Assembly (NCBI GenBank): GCA_034422875.1 | Contig: DAOUJI010000066.1 | Coordinates: 8,714-72,713, forward strand | Direction of reading: 5' to 3' | DNA length: 64,000 bases | From: Dehalococcoidia bacterium | GTDB lineage: Bacteria; Chloroflexota; Dehalococcoidia; Lucifugimonadales; JAGWBF01 | Shown here: positions 48,831 to 57,694 of the stretch, piece by piece | How the letters are laid out: every line of letters starts with the position of its first letter | Position numbering within the stretch: position 1 is the first letter of the stretch | The notes under the pieces: generated by a model | What the model saw: only the letters and a program-made list of their open reading frames with translations | The model's database searches: none | What the model was told of the DNA's origin: nothing | Program-made: the position numbers and the translations under genes

Positions 48831-49481
48831 CTAGGAGCTCTCTTCTTCTGGGCTGTCGTCGGCTCCCGTTTCCCCGGAAGGAGCCTCTGCCTGTGGAGTT
48901 GCGGGAGCATCGGTCGGGGCCCTTCCCGCTTCAACGCGGGCCACCATCTCTTCGGGGTCGGTGAGCAGAGTCACGCCGTTGGGTATGGGCAGGTCTCCAG
49001 CGCGGAGAACAGAGTCGGGCTCGTCCAACACCGTAGCGTCCACAAGGATTTCCCTCGGCATGTCCAGAGGCAGGGCCTCCACGGTGACGTGCCGGAGCAT
49101 TTGGACCACTGTGCCGAAAGCTGAGCGCGCTCCAGCCGACTCGCCTTCCAGGACCACGGGCGCCTCTGCCGATATCCGCTCCGTGGCTTCTGTCCTGAGG
49201 AAGTCGACGTGTATAAGGTCGCCCCGCACCGGGTCCCACTGGATTTCTCTTGCAAAGGCCAAATGTTCGCCGGACTCGCCGTCCACGGTTATGGAGACCG
49301 GTGTGGTGGCGCCGGCCAGGGCCAGCGCCTTTATCAGGTCGGCGCTGGTGATTTGAAGGTTTTTCGGGTCGATGCCCGGGCCGTAGAGGTGCACGGGTGT
49401 CAGCCCGGACCTTCTCAAGGCCCTGTTCTTCTTTCCAAAAGACGACCTGGGTTGGAGGTTGAGGGAAATCCGGTCTGGCAC
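48831..49481 (-). CDS. rplY: 50S ribosomal protein L25 / general stress protein Ctc form
   Basis: ...LNLQPRSSFGKKNRALRRSGLTPVHLYG... with a long acidic C-terminal tail. GTG start after AAAGGAG. Confidence 0.88.
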   Translation of the reverse strand: MPDRISLNLQPRSSFGKKNRALRRSGLTPVHLYGPGIDPKNLQITSADLIKALALAGATTPVSITVDGESGEHLAFAREIQWDPVRGDLIHVDFLRTEATERISAEAPVVLEGESAGARSAFGTVVQMLRHVTVEALPLDMPREILVDATVLDEPDSVLRAGDLPIPNGVTLLTDPEEMVARVEAGRAPTDAPATPQAEAPSGETGADDSPEEESS

Positions 49482-49619
49482 GGGAGCTCCTTTGCAGGGT
49501 GGGCGGTTGGTTGCCCCTATGATACCACTCGTGCGCCTGGAATGGAACGTCCCGACCGTCCTTGTATGTCCGGGGTCCGTGCGAACGGGGCGGCATCCTT
49601 AGGACCAGTCCAAGCTAAT

Positions 49620-49648
49620 TTGAAAGCGGCCTGAAGCTGCGCTATTAT
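49620..49648 (+). promoter_or_regulatory. sigma70-type promoter TTGAAA, 17 nt spacer, TATTAT
   Basis: TTGAAA at 49620-49625, an exact 17-nt spacer, and TATTAT at 49643-49648. This predicts a transcription start near 49655, about 85 nt upstream of the moeB-like ATG. Confidence 0.5.
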
Positions 49649-49650
49649 TA

Positions 49651-49739
49651 GGCAAGGCCGTCTGCGCCTGAGACATCGCCGTAGCGCATGGGATGGAGAC
49701 GGCGCAGCTTAATTGCCGTAACTGGAAAGAGAGGGGGCC
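49651..49739 (+). promoter_or_regulatory. structured 5' leader of the moeB-like/cysteine synthase operon (candidate riboswitch or attenuator)
   Basis: GGCAA (49651-49655) pairs with TTGCC (49713-49717). CTGCGCC (49661-49667) pairs with GGCGCAG (49701-49707). The mutually exclusive alternative is GCCGTCT (49657-49663) with AGACGGC (49697-49703). The SD GAGAGGGGG lies just 3' of these. Confidence 0.3.
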
Positions 49740-50597
49740 ATGACTCAGCAGCCCGTTACACTGACGCCTGACCAGATAAATCGGTACAGCAGGCACATCA
49801 TTATGGGGCCGGTGGGAAGCGCCGGACAGCGAAAGTTGCTGGGCTCAAAAGTGTTGATCGTAGGCGCCGGAGGCCTCGGTTCTCCCGTGGCAGTCTATCT
49901 CTCGTTGGCGGGCGTGGGCACGTTGGGAATCGTGGACTTCGACACGGTGGACGTGTCTAACCTCCAGCGCCAGATACTCCACCAGAACGACGACGTGGGC
50001 CGACCCAAGACCCTTTCCGCGAAGGAGACCATCAACGCTTACAACCCCGACACCAACGTTGTCATTCACGACGCCTGGCTCACCTCCGAAAACGCCATGG
50101 AAATCATCTCCCAATATGACCTGGTGGTAAGCGGCGCCGACAACTTCCCCGCCCGGTATCTCATCAACGACGCCTGCTACCTCGCCGGAAAGCCCCTGGT
50201 CGACGGAAGCATCCTCATATTTGATGGCCAGGCCACGGTATACCAGCCTGGACACGGCTGCTACCGCTGCCTGTTCCCGTCGCCTCCTCCACCGGGCATG
50301 GTCCCCAACTGCGCGGAGGCCGGCGTTCTGGGCGCTCTGACAGGTCTGGTCGGGAGCATACAGGCGGTGGAGACTCTGAAGCTGATCATGGGCATTGGAG
50401 AGAGCCTTTCGTCCAGGCTCCTGCTGATCGACGCCCTGAGCATGGACTTCAGGGAGGTCAAGATAAAGAGGAACGGCAATTGCCCGTTGTGCGGCGACAA
50501 CCCCACTGTGACCGAGCTCATCGACTACGAGGTGTTCTGCGGCGTGACCCCTCATCCCGAAGTAAACGAAGCGGCCGGAGTCGCCAGCCCAAACTAG
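49740..50597 (+). CDS. HesA/MoeB/ThiF-family sulfur-carrier-protein adenylyltransferase
   Basis: ...INRYSRHIIM...GQRKLLGSKVLIVGAGGLGSPVAVYLSLAGVGTLGIVDFDTVDVSNLQRQILH..., with two CxxC pairs (CYRC, CPLC). There is no rhodanese domain. Confidence 0.88.
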   Translation: MTQQPVTLTPDQINRYSRHIIMGPVGSAGQRKLLGSKVLIVGAGGLGSPVAVYLSLAGVGTLGIVDFDTVDVSNLQRQILHQNDDVGRPKTLSAKETINAYNPDTNVVIHDAWLTSENAMEIISQYDLVVSGADNFPARYLINDACYLAGKPLVDGSILIFDGQATVYQPGHGCYRCLFPSPPPPGMVPNCAEAGVLGALTGLVGSIQAVETLKLIMGIGESLSSRLLLIDALSMDFREVKIKRNGNCPLCGDNPTVTELIDYEVFCGVTPHPEVNEAAGVASPN

Positions 50598-50603
50598 CTG
50601 CCA

Positions 50604-51563
50604 ATGGCTGCAACGCATAAAGTCGTCAACGCAAGCACGGTCCTGGACCTTATCGGCAACACACCCTTGGTGGAGCTTAACCACATGGAGCTCAAACCCG
50701 GGGTGCGGGTCTTCGCCAAACTGGAGGGACAGAACCCCACCGGCAGCCTTAAGGACCGCATCGCCAAGTACATGATCGACAAGGCCGAGCGGGACGGACT
50801 CCTGACTCCCGAAAAGAGGATACTGGAGCCCACCAGCGGCAACACTGGCATTTCTCTGGCCTTCGTGGCCAGCCTCAAGGGATACAAGGTCACTGTAGTC
50901 ATGCCGGAGAACGTGAGCCATGAACGCTCGGAACTGCTCTGGGCCTTCGGCGCCGACATCATTTACTCCGATGGAACGAGAGGCACCAACGGCTCAATCG
51001 AAGTGGCCCAAGAGATAATCGAGAAACAGGGCGACGAGTATGTGATGCTGTACCAGTACGGCAACGAGGCCAATCCGGGCGCTCATTACGAGACCACCGG
51101 CGCGGAGATTGCCCGCGACCTGCCGGACGTGGACATGTTCGTCGCTGGCCTCGGCACTGGTGGCACCCTGATGGGCACCGGTCGCCGCCTCCGTGAGCAC
51201 AACCCCGACGTGAAAATCGTCGCAGTGGCGCCGGAGCCTGGGGACTACATTCAGGCCCTGCGAGACCTGGACGAGGGTTTCATACCGCCGATACTGGACA
51301 TTTCCATGCTGGACTCCAGGATTATGGTGTCCAGCGCTGACTCCTTCCGCATGGCCAAGGAGCTTCTGAACCGTGAGGGGATATTCGCTGGAATATCCTC
51401 AGGAGCAGTGGTTTTTGGCGCAATGAAGGCCGCACAACGGCTGGACCAGGGGAACATAGTGTGCCTGCTGGCCGATGGGGGCTGGAAGTACCTGAGCTCC
51501 CATCTCTGGACCACGGACTACGGCGACATGGACGAGGACACCACCGGCAAAATCTGGTGGTGA
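50604..51563 (+). CDS. cysteine synthase family PLP enzyme (CysK/CysM type)
   Basis: ...GNTPLVEL...AKLEGQNPTGSLKDRIA... (PLP-lysine motif), then ...EPTSGNTGISLA... and ...GTGGTLMG.... Confidence 0.88.
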   Translation: MAATHKVVNASTVLDLIGNTPLVELNHMELKPGVRVFAKLEGQNPTGSLKDRIAKYMIDKAERDGLLTPEKRILEPTSGNTGISLAFVASLKGYKVTVVMPENVSHERSELLWAFGADIIYSDGTRGTNGSIEVAQEIIEKQGDEYVMLYQYGNEANPGAHYETTGAEIARDLPDVDMFVAGLGTGGTLMGTGRRLREHNPDVKIVAVAPEPGDYIQALRDLDEGFIPPILDISMLDSRIMVSSADSFRMAKELLNREGIFAGISSGAVVFGAMKAAQRLDQGNIVCLLADGGWKYLSSHLWTTDYGDMDEDTTGKIWW

Positions 51564-51662
51564 CCTTCGCTCATCGTCTCAGCCTTTGTCGGCGTCGTTA
51601 GAGCGGAAGCGAACTAGCGGCGCTCACAGCGGCATTCCATCGGGAAATAGGAGGGAGTGACG

Positions 51663-52064
51663 ATGCCAAGAATGTTTTCCGTTTTCTTCTGCTTCCTTGC
51701 GCTAATCTTAATCTGGTCGATGGCCTGCGGAGGGTCCAATGGGCCCCTTGGTGAATCTGAATCCGAATCCGACCGAACTTACCCCTCCATCGGGTCAAGT
51801 TCTTCGGAAGAGGACGACGAAATCATGGAAAGGCTTGACGTCCTCACGGAGCGGGAAGCCGAAGTCGAGGACGGTCTCTGCAATCACGAAGAGATAGATG
51901 AAATTTGGGAAGGATTCGGCGGTTGGCAGGAAGACAGATATGGCAGTAGCCTTTCTTCTGAGGACGACTTTCTGGAACTGAGCGACAGAGAGAAGAAGAT
52001 ATTCCTCGATAGATATGGGTACCTCCTGGACGACCTGGAGAACGCCGGCAGGAAAGTTTGCTGA
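51663..52064 (+). CDS. small acidic secreted protein (possible lipoprotein)
   Basis: ATG 51663 after AGGAGGGAG. The signal peptide ends ...LIWSMACGGS, and the mature part is Ser/Glu/Asp-rich. No family recognised. Confidence 0.55.
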   Translation: MPRMFSVFFCFLALILIWSMACGGSNGPLGESESESDRTYPSIGSSSSEEDDEIMERLDVLTEREAEVEDGLCNHEEIDEIWEGFGGWQEDRYGSSLSSEDDFLELSDREKKIFLDRYGYLLDDLENAGRKVC

Positions 52065-52205
52065 TAGAACTCGATCCAGGCAGTTGCGGTCTTAACCTAT
52101 GTGCGAGACGTTAAAACGCTGCTGACTTGACATCGAGGCGGCGCTGCCAAGATATGCCCGAAAATTGGCAGGTCTTAACGCGTTGGAGAAGGGGTGGATC
52201 GGGAA

Positions 52206-55049
52206 ATGCTGCGAATGACAAGAATTCCTATTTTCTTCCGCGTCACTTTGGTGTTGGTTCTTCCGGCAGTTCTCCTTGCCTGCGAAATCGGAACGCAGCC
52301 CACAGAGAATGGCGCCTTGACACCGACAGTCGAGGAACCGGTTGGGGCGGCAACGGAAGAAGGGTTGCCCACGGCAACCGGATTGCCGGGAGATGCGACG
52401 GCAACACCGGCCTCGCGGTCGATGTCTGGACCGTCGGCTTCGACAGCGGCGAAGAGGCTGACCCCGGAGGAGAAAGAACAATGGGCCCTGGATTCCCTTG
52501 ATGTCATCCAAAGAGCCGACCCTTCCCTGGCCCAAGCTCTCTCTGGATTGCCTTGGCTCTCCGACGGCTTCACCGGGGATGAGGCTCGGGCGCTCGACGT
52601 CATACGGCACTTTGCTGAGACAGACCTGAAAACAGCAAACTCCGTCGTGAACGTGCTTCAATTGTCAGGTGCAGTTGAGGAGATTCACGCGGATGCCCTG
52701 GGATCATTGGATTACATCCTCCGAAAGGACCGCGTACGAGGCGAGAGCCTCGTCAACCAATCGTGGTTTCAGGATGGGTTGACAGACCAAGAGACCGCGC
52801 TGATCGTTGTCCTTCGGGATGTCGTTGAGGAGAACCAAGAAGTTTTCGACGACTTGATTCAGGGAGGTCGCGTACGTTCCGAAACCCTGTCTCTGTCCTC
52901 TGGGGATGTGGACCTGTTCCTCATCCGCCGGCCTTCCCTGGAATATGTCGACGAGAGTGTTTTCGATGATCTGGGCGCCGCCGTCAAGGCTATCGAAGAG
53001 TTCATGGGTCCTCCATGGGTCAAGAGCGATGTCATTCTGCTTGTGGAACTTGACATCGATCTCTTCTCACCTGAAGGGGGGAGCAACTATGGCACACACA
53101 TGTCAATCGTGGTTCCGGAACCTGGAGCCCCGGCGCCCCGACAAGCCATCTACCACGAGCCAGCCCACTACTACTTCAGGCTCGACATTTTCCCCGAGTG
53201 GCTGGCTGAGGGAGCATCGGACTTTCTTTTCTACTCCGTTGTAGGTAGAAACCTCCAGGCGCTATATGCCAGCGTGCAAAAAGATGTCGCGTTTTACTGC
53301 GAATGGGTCACGCCAAACCAGGACGTGAACACGGTTCAAGAGTTGCTCGATTACGTGCCGCCGGCAATATCTCTCGGGGTCGAATTCGGGGTCGGGTTCG
53401 AAGTGTGCCCCTATCGGATGGGGTCGTCTTTCCTGCTGGCAATGGACAATGCCCTGGGACGCGAGGTCGTCTCGTCTTCGTTACGGGAATTGTATAGGTT
53501 GGGCGAAGCAAAAGGCTCGCCGGTGACCGAGGACGAGATTTACCAGGCATTCCTGGACAATACTCCTGCGGCGAAGCAGAGCGAATTCCGCGACCTGTAC
53601 TATTTTCATCATGGTGGGCCAGCATCCGACCATATCCCTGTCGGGCCTCCTCCATCCGGTTCGGTCCACTACGGCAGGCCCATCCCTGGATATGAGCCTA
53701 CCGGTCCGGCTGCCCTCGCTTCGGACAGGGAGGCTCTGGCCGCCATTTACAACGCCGCAGGCGGCCCCAACTGGAATAACTCCGAAAACTGGCTGAGCGA
53801 CGCTCCTCTCTACCAATGGCATGGCGCCACATCCCAATACTGGGACGAGAACACTGCGGATGAGGACGTGGTCCCCGCGGGCGACTACCGTGTTTACGGG
53901 CTTCAACTTCACGGCAACGGGTTGAGCGGTCCGGTGCCACCTGAACTGGGCTTACTCTGGTGGCTGGAGGAGTTGTATCTCAGCGACAACCGGTTAACCG
54001 GACCTATACCGCCGGAACTAGGCAACCTGCACACCCTCAGCCGGTTGAGCATGTCAGGGAATCAGTTGAGCGGACCGATACCGCCGGAGTTGGGCAATCT
54101 GGGCTTGACCGAGTTGGGGTTGTCGTTCAACCGGTTAAGCGGCGAGATTCCGCCGGAACTGGGCAGGTTGCGAGGCCTGCGGGTGTTGGCGCTCTCCGAT
54201 AATGAGCTAACCGGTCCGATTCCTCCGGAGCTGGGCGCTCTTGGCAATCTGAGATTTCTGGACCTCTCGCGCAACCGGTTGAGCGGGGATATACCCCCGG
54301 AACTGGGGAATCTCACTAACCTGCAAAACTTGCGCCTCTCCGGGAACCGCTTGACCGGCTGCATACCCGCCTCTCTGCGGAGCCAATTGAGCCCGGCTTC
54401 TATCCTGGGAGACCTGCCGTTCTGTGGGACTGCACCCTCGGTGACCTCCGATGGGGCGGACCGGGCAGCGCTGGTTGCCCTTTACAACGCCACTAATGGC
54501 CCCAACTGGGCAAACAACGACAACTGGCTGACTGACGCGCCCTTGAGCGAGTGGCACGGCGTCACCACTGACGACGATGGCCGTGTAGTAGACCTGACTC
54601 TCTCGGAAAACCGCTTAAGCGGAGAGATGCCCCGGGAGCTGGGCAACCTCGACAAGCTGCGTAAGCTGTGGCTCCCACGGAACCGGTTGACCGGGGAGAT
54701 ACCGCGGGAGCTTGGCAAACTGTCCGGCCTGCTCTTCCTGGAGCTCTCAAGCAACCAGTTAAACGGAGAGATACCTCCGGAGTTGGGCAACCTGACCAGA
54801 CTGAACGTTCTAAGCTTGAGCATAAACAACCTGAGTGGGGAGATCCCCCCGGAACTGGGCGGAATCTCTAACCTGAGACAGCTTCAGCTCAACCGGAATG
54901 AGTTGAGCGGCGAGTTGCCGTCGGAGCTGGGTGGCCTCACCAAACTGAAATGGCTGGTGATCAGTGACAACCAGTTGACCGGGTGCATACCTCGCTCTCT
55001 GGAGAACAGTTTGGAACTCATTGACACTGACCGTCTGCAATTCTGCTGA
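52206..55049 (+). CDS. lipoprotein with gluzincin-like (HExxH...E) peptidase-like domain and two plant-type LRR blocks
   Basis: Lipobox ...PAVLLAC. AIYHEPAHYYFRLDIFPEWLAEGASDF resembles the HExxH-(18)-E / WLxEG arrangement of M1/MA-clan peptidases. Two N-cap motifs follow (DREALAAIYNAAGGPNWNNSENWLSDAPLYQWHG and DRAALVALYNATNGPNWANNDNWLTDAPLSEWHGV), each leading 6-7 LRRs of LxxLxxLxLxxNrLsGeIPpELGn that end in GCIP. Confidence 0.8.
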   Translation: MLRMTRIPIFFRVTLVLVLPAVLLACEIGTQPTENGALTPTVEEPVGAATEEGLPTATGLPGDATATPASRSMSGPSASTAAKRLTPEEKEQWALDSLDVIQRADPSLAQALSGLPWLSDGFTGDEARALDVIRHFAETDLKTANSVVNVLQLSGAVEEIHADALGSLDYILRKDRVRGESLVNQSWFQDGLTDQETALIVVLRDVVEENQEVFDDLIQGGRVRSETLSLSSGDVDLFLIRRPSLEYVDESVFDDLGAAVKAIEEFMGPPWVKSDVILLVELDIDLFSPEGGSNYGTHMSIVVPEPGAPAPRQAIYHEPAHYYFRLDIFPEWLAEGASDFLFYSVVGRNLQALYASVQKDVAFYCEWVTPNQDVNTVQELLDYVPPAISLGVEFGVGFEVCPYRMGSSFLLAMDNALGREVVSSSLRELYRLGEAKGSPVTEDEIYQAFLDNTPAAKQSEFRDLYYFHHGGPASDHIPVGPPPSGSVHYGRPIPGYEPTGPAALASDREALAAIYNAAGGPNWNNSENWLSDAPLYQWHGATSQYWDENTADEDVVPAGDYRVYGLQLHGNGLSGPVPPELGLLWWLEELYLSDNRLTGPIPPELGNLHTLSRLSMSGNQLSGPIPPELGNLGLTELGLSFNRLSGEIPPELGRLRGLRVLALSDNELTGPIPPELGALGNLRFLDLSRNRLSGDIPPELGNLTNLQNLRLSGNRLTGCIPASLRSQLSPASILGDLPFCGTAPSVTSDGADRAALVALYNATNGPNWANNDNWLTDAPLSEWHGVTTDDDGRVVDLTLSENRLSGEMPRELGNLDKLRKLWLPRNRLTGEIPRELGKLSGLLFLELSSNQLNGEIPPELGNLTRLNVLSLSINNLSGEIPPELGGISNLRQLQLNRNELSGELPSELGGLTKLKWLVISDNQLTGCIPRSLENSLELIDTDRLQFC

Positions 55050-55102
55050 GGCCATGCGCCCCAACCACTTTGTGACCTTAATTCATAACTAGGGAGTGTG
55101 AT

Positions 55103-56039
55103 ATGAAGCAACTGTACACCTGCATCATCCTGACCGTGCTGGCTCTTGCGGCTGTTGTTGGCGCCGCCCGCGCCTGAGTCCGGCTCAACACCGGACGCGA
55201 CAGGCACGACGCCCACAGCCCCTGAGGAGTCAAGCGAGACGATGCCTGCGACCGGCTCAACGCCGGCTACGGGGAGTGGCCGGGATCCACAAGGGTCCAA
55301 GCCAACCAACGCGCCCGCAGCCACTGAGGAGTCAAGTGAGACGATGCCTGCGGCTACACGGACCGAAAGTGTGGTAACCCAGTTCGCCTCCGTCAGCGGG
55401 GGGAGGCTCCACACCTGCGGTGTGAGGGCGGACGGCTCCGTCGCCTGCTGGGGGTATGATAGTCATGGCCAGACCGCGCCGCCGGACGGAGAGTTCGCCT
55501 CTGTAAGCTCGGGGTCGGAGCACACCTGCGGAGTGAGGGAGGACAGCTCCGTTGCCTGCTGGGGGGATGATAGTGCGGGCCGGGCCACGCCGCCGGATGG
55601 GGAGTTCGCCTCCGTCAGCGCGGGGTGGGAACACACCTGCGGGGTGAGGGTAAACGGCTCCGTTGCCTGCTGGGGGGATGATAGAGAAGGGCGAGCCACG
55701 CCGCCGGATGGGGAGTTCGCCTCCGTCAGCGCAGGGTGGGATCACACCTGCGGCGTGCGGATGGACGGCTCCGTCGCCTGCTGGGGGAATAATCACCATG
55801 GCAAGGCCACGCCGCCGGATGGGGAGTTCGCCTCCGTCAGCCCGGGGAAACATCACACCTGTGGCGTGAGGGTGGACGGCTCCGTAGACTGCTGGGGGGC
55901 GGATGCTGATGGCCGGGCCACGCCGCCTGAGGGGGGGTTCGCCTCGGTCAGCGCGGGAGATGACTTCACCTGTGGCGTGCGGATGGACGGCTCCGTTGTA
56001 TGCTGGGGGGATAGAGCCGGAATAATTCTCGCCAGGTGA
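55103..56039 (+). pseudogene. RCC1-repeat secreted protein, signal peptide out of frame (frameshifted paralogue or assembly error)
   Basis: An SD (AGGGAG) plus ATG 55103 encodes MKQLYTCIILTVLALAAVVGAARA and then TGA (55175-55177). The repeat-bearing frame (track ORF 55146-56039, six FASVSxGxxHTCGVRxDGSVACWGxD units) is +1 relative to it. Alignment to the paralogue at 56276 shows about 20 nt missing at the signal-peptide/lipobox junction. Confidence 0.5.
55251..55452. repeat. near-identical DNA segment shared by the tandem RCC1 paralogues (partner at about 56480-56680)
   Basis: ACCGGCTC.ACGCCGGCTACGGGGAG.GGCCGGGATCCACAAGGGTCCAAGCCAACCAACGCGCC.GCAGCCACTGAGGA.TCAAGTGAGAC.ATGCCTGCG... is conserved almost base for base between the two genes. 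Confidence 0.8.
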
Positions 56040-56275
56040 ATAACCGGCCGGGGAGCGATTCGGGCTTTGCCGGGGCGCACAGAATCTCATCCTGACGAGG
56101 TGTGAAGGACGGCAAAGTCCGAATTCCCTGCCACGCCACACGTGCTGGAAGGGATGCCCCGACGGTCTCGGAGACTCCCGCGCACTGGCAACTCTTACAG
56201 GGGGTCCGTAGCCCTGCTCCTCGTGGTCCATGCTATGACTCTTTGTGAGCGCTGAACCAAATGAGGGAGGACGAC

Positions 56276-57553
56276 ATGAGGAAACAATACCTTTGCGGGC
56301 TGGCTCTGGTTTTGCTTGTGGCTGTTATGGGCGGCGCCTGCGGCGGCTCGGAGACATCCGCGCCTGAGTCCGGCTCTACGCCCGCCCTGACCGCCACACC
56401 GCGTGCCGATTCTATGGGACCGACGGCCACGGCCACTGCAATGGACACATCCGGCTCATCGGAGCCGTCCGAGCCTGAGACCGGCTCTACGCCGGCTACG
56501 GGGAGCGGCCGGGATCCACAAGGGTCCAAGCCAACCAACGCGCCGGCAGCCACTGAGGACTCAAGTGAGACTATGCCTGCGACCGCACGAACCGAAAGTA
56601 TGGTATCCCAGTTCGCCTCGGTCAGCGCGGGGAGTTTCCACACCTGCTGGGTGAGGGCGGACGGCTCCGTCGCCTGCTGGGGCGATGATCGGTATGGCCG
56701 GGCCACGCCGCCGGATGGGGAGTTCGCCTCCGTCAGCGCGGGGCGCCTCCACACCTGCGGATTGCGAGTGGACGGCTCCGTCGCCTGCTGGGGGGCGGAT
56801 GGAGAAGGCAGGGCCACGCCGCCGGATGGGGAGTTCGCCTCAGTCAGCGCGGGGGGCGATCACACCTGCGGAGTGAGGGCGGACGGCTCCGTCGCCTGCT
56901 GGGGCGATGATCGGTACGGCCGGACCGCTGCGCCCGGAGGGGAGTTCGCCTCAGTCGGCCCGGGGATCCTCCACACCTGCGGTGTGAGGGTGGACGGCTC
57001 CGTCGCCTGCTGGGGCGATGATCGGTATGGCCGGACCGCTGCGCCCGGAGGGGAGTTCGCCTTGGTCAGCGCGGGGGAACGTCACACCTGCGGAGTGAGG
57101 GCGGACGGCTCCGTGGCCTGCTGGGGTAATGATGATTATGGCCAGTCCACAACGCCTCGGCCTGATGAGACAGAGGCCAAAGGCGAGGCGTCCGATCTCG
57201 CGGTGGCCGAGTACGCGGCCTGGTGCGGGAAGCGCGCCGTTGACACAACAGCGCCGGAGACCTGGGGAGAGGCGATAAGACAGTTGGACAGGACGCTCGA
57301 CGACTACGAGAGCGTGACTGCACCGGAAGAACTGCAAGCCGTTCACAGCGCATTGATTACACTGTTAAAGGCCCAACTTGATTTATATCAGAGCCAGGAT
57401 GGGAGCGAGCCGTATGACGAATTCCTGTTCGGCCAGCAGCCCGATGTCCTAAAAGTGATCACACCTCTGTTCATCGCGATCGACGCTCTGGACGAGGAGA
57501 TCGTCTCCCAACTGGAAGATTCCGGTTGCCTGACCACAGACGATGGTTCTTAG
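56276..57553 (+). CDS. RCC1-repeat (RCC1_2-like short blades) secreted protein, possible lipoprotein
   Basis: ATG 56276 after GAGGGAGG. The signal peptide ends ...VAVMGGACGG and is followed by a Thr/Pro/Ser-rich linker. Five 37-aa repeats FASVSAGxxHTCGVRADGSVACWGDDRYGRxxxPxGE precede an alpha-helical C-terminal domain. Confidence 0.8.
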   Translation: MRKQYLCGLALVLLVAVMGGACGGSETSAPESGSTPALTATPRADSMGPTATATAMDTSGSSEPSEPETGSTPATGSGRDPQGSKPTNAPAATEDSSETMPATARTESMVSQFASVSAGSFHTCWVRADGSVACWGDDRYGRATPPDGEFASVSAGRLHTCGLRVDGSVACWGADGEGRATPPDGEFASVSAGGDHTCGVRADGSVACWGDDRYGRTAAPGGEFASVGPGILHTCGVRVDGSVACWGDDRYGRTAAPGGEFALVSAGERHTCGVRADGSVACWGNDDYGQSTTPRPDETEAKGEASDLAVAEYAAWCGKRAVDTTAPETWGEAIRQLDRTLDDYESVTAPEELQAVHSALITLLKAQLDLYQSQDGSEPYDEFLFGQQPDVLKVITPLFIAIDALDEEIVSQLEDSGCLTTDDGS

Positions 57554-57694
57554 TTGTTACCGGGATCTGACGCTATCTTAGGAAACCTGGATTGGAGAGT
57601 ATCCGGCAGGCGACGAGATGGCTGGCTCTGCCCAATAGTGCTTGCCGTCGCTCTCTCCGGTAGCAAGCCCGCCAAGTTTCATGTAGCGGCGTCT

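Noticed and set aside
48831-48833. The TAG between rplY and the in-frame downstream ORF might be a read-through or pyrrolysine codon
   Set aside because: L25 is complete before the TAG, the downstream ORF has its own GTG, and no pyl genes or read-through context are visible. Simple gene abutment is more parsimonious.
49845-50921. 358-aa ORF on the minus strand
   Set aside because: It lies antisense to the moeB-like and cysteine synthase genes and is a shadow ORF.
55175-55177. The TGA ending the 24-codon signal-peptide ORF might be a selenocysteine codon
   Set aside because: Reading through stays in the wrong frame for the RCC1 repeats, and no redox motif or hairpin follows. Comparison with the paralogue points to a ~20-nt deletion and frameshift.
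55332-56817. Long minus-strand ORFs (299 aa and 194 aa) across the RCC1 gene pair
   Set aside because: They are antisense readings of the GC-rich 111-nt RCC1 repeats. The repeat periodicity and Pro/Arg/Gly composition reflect the sense-strand gene.
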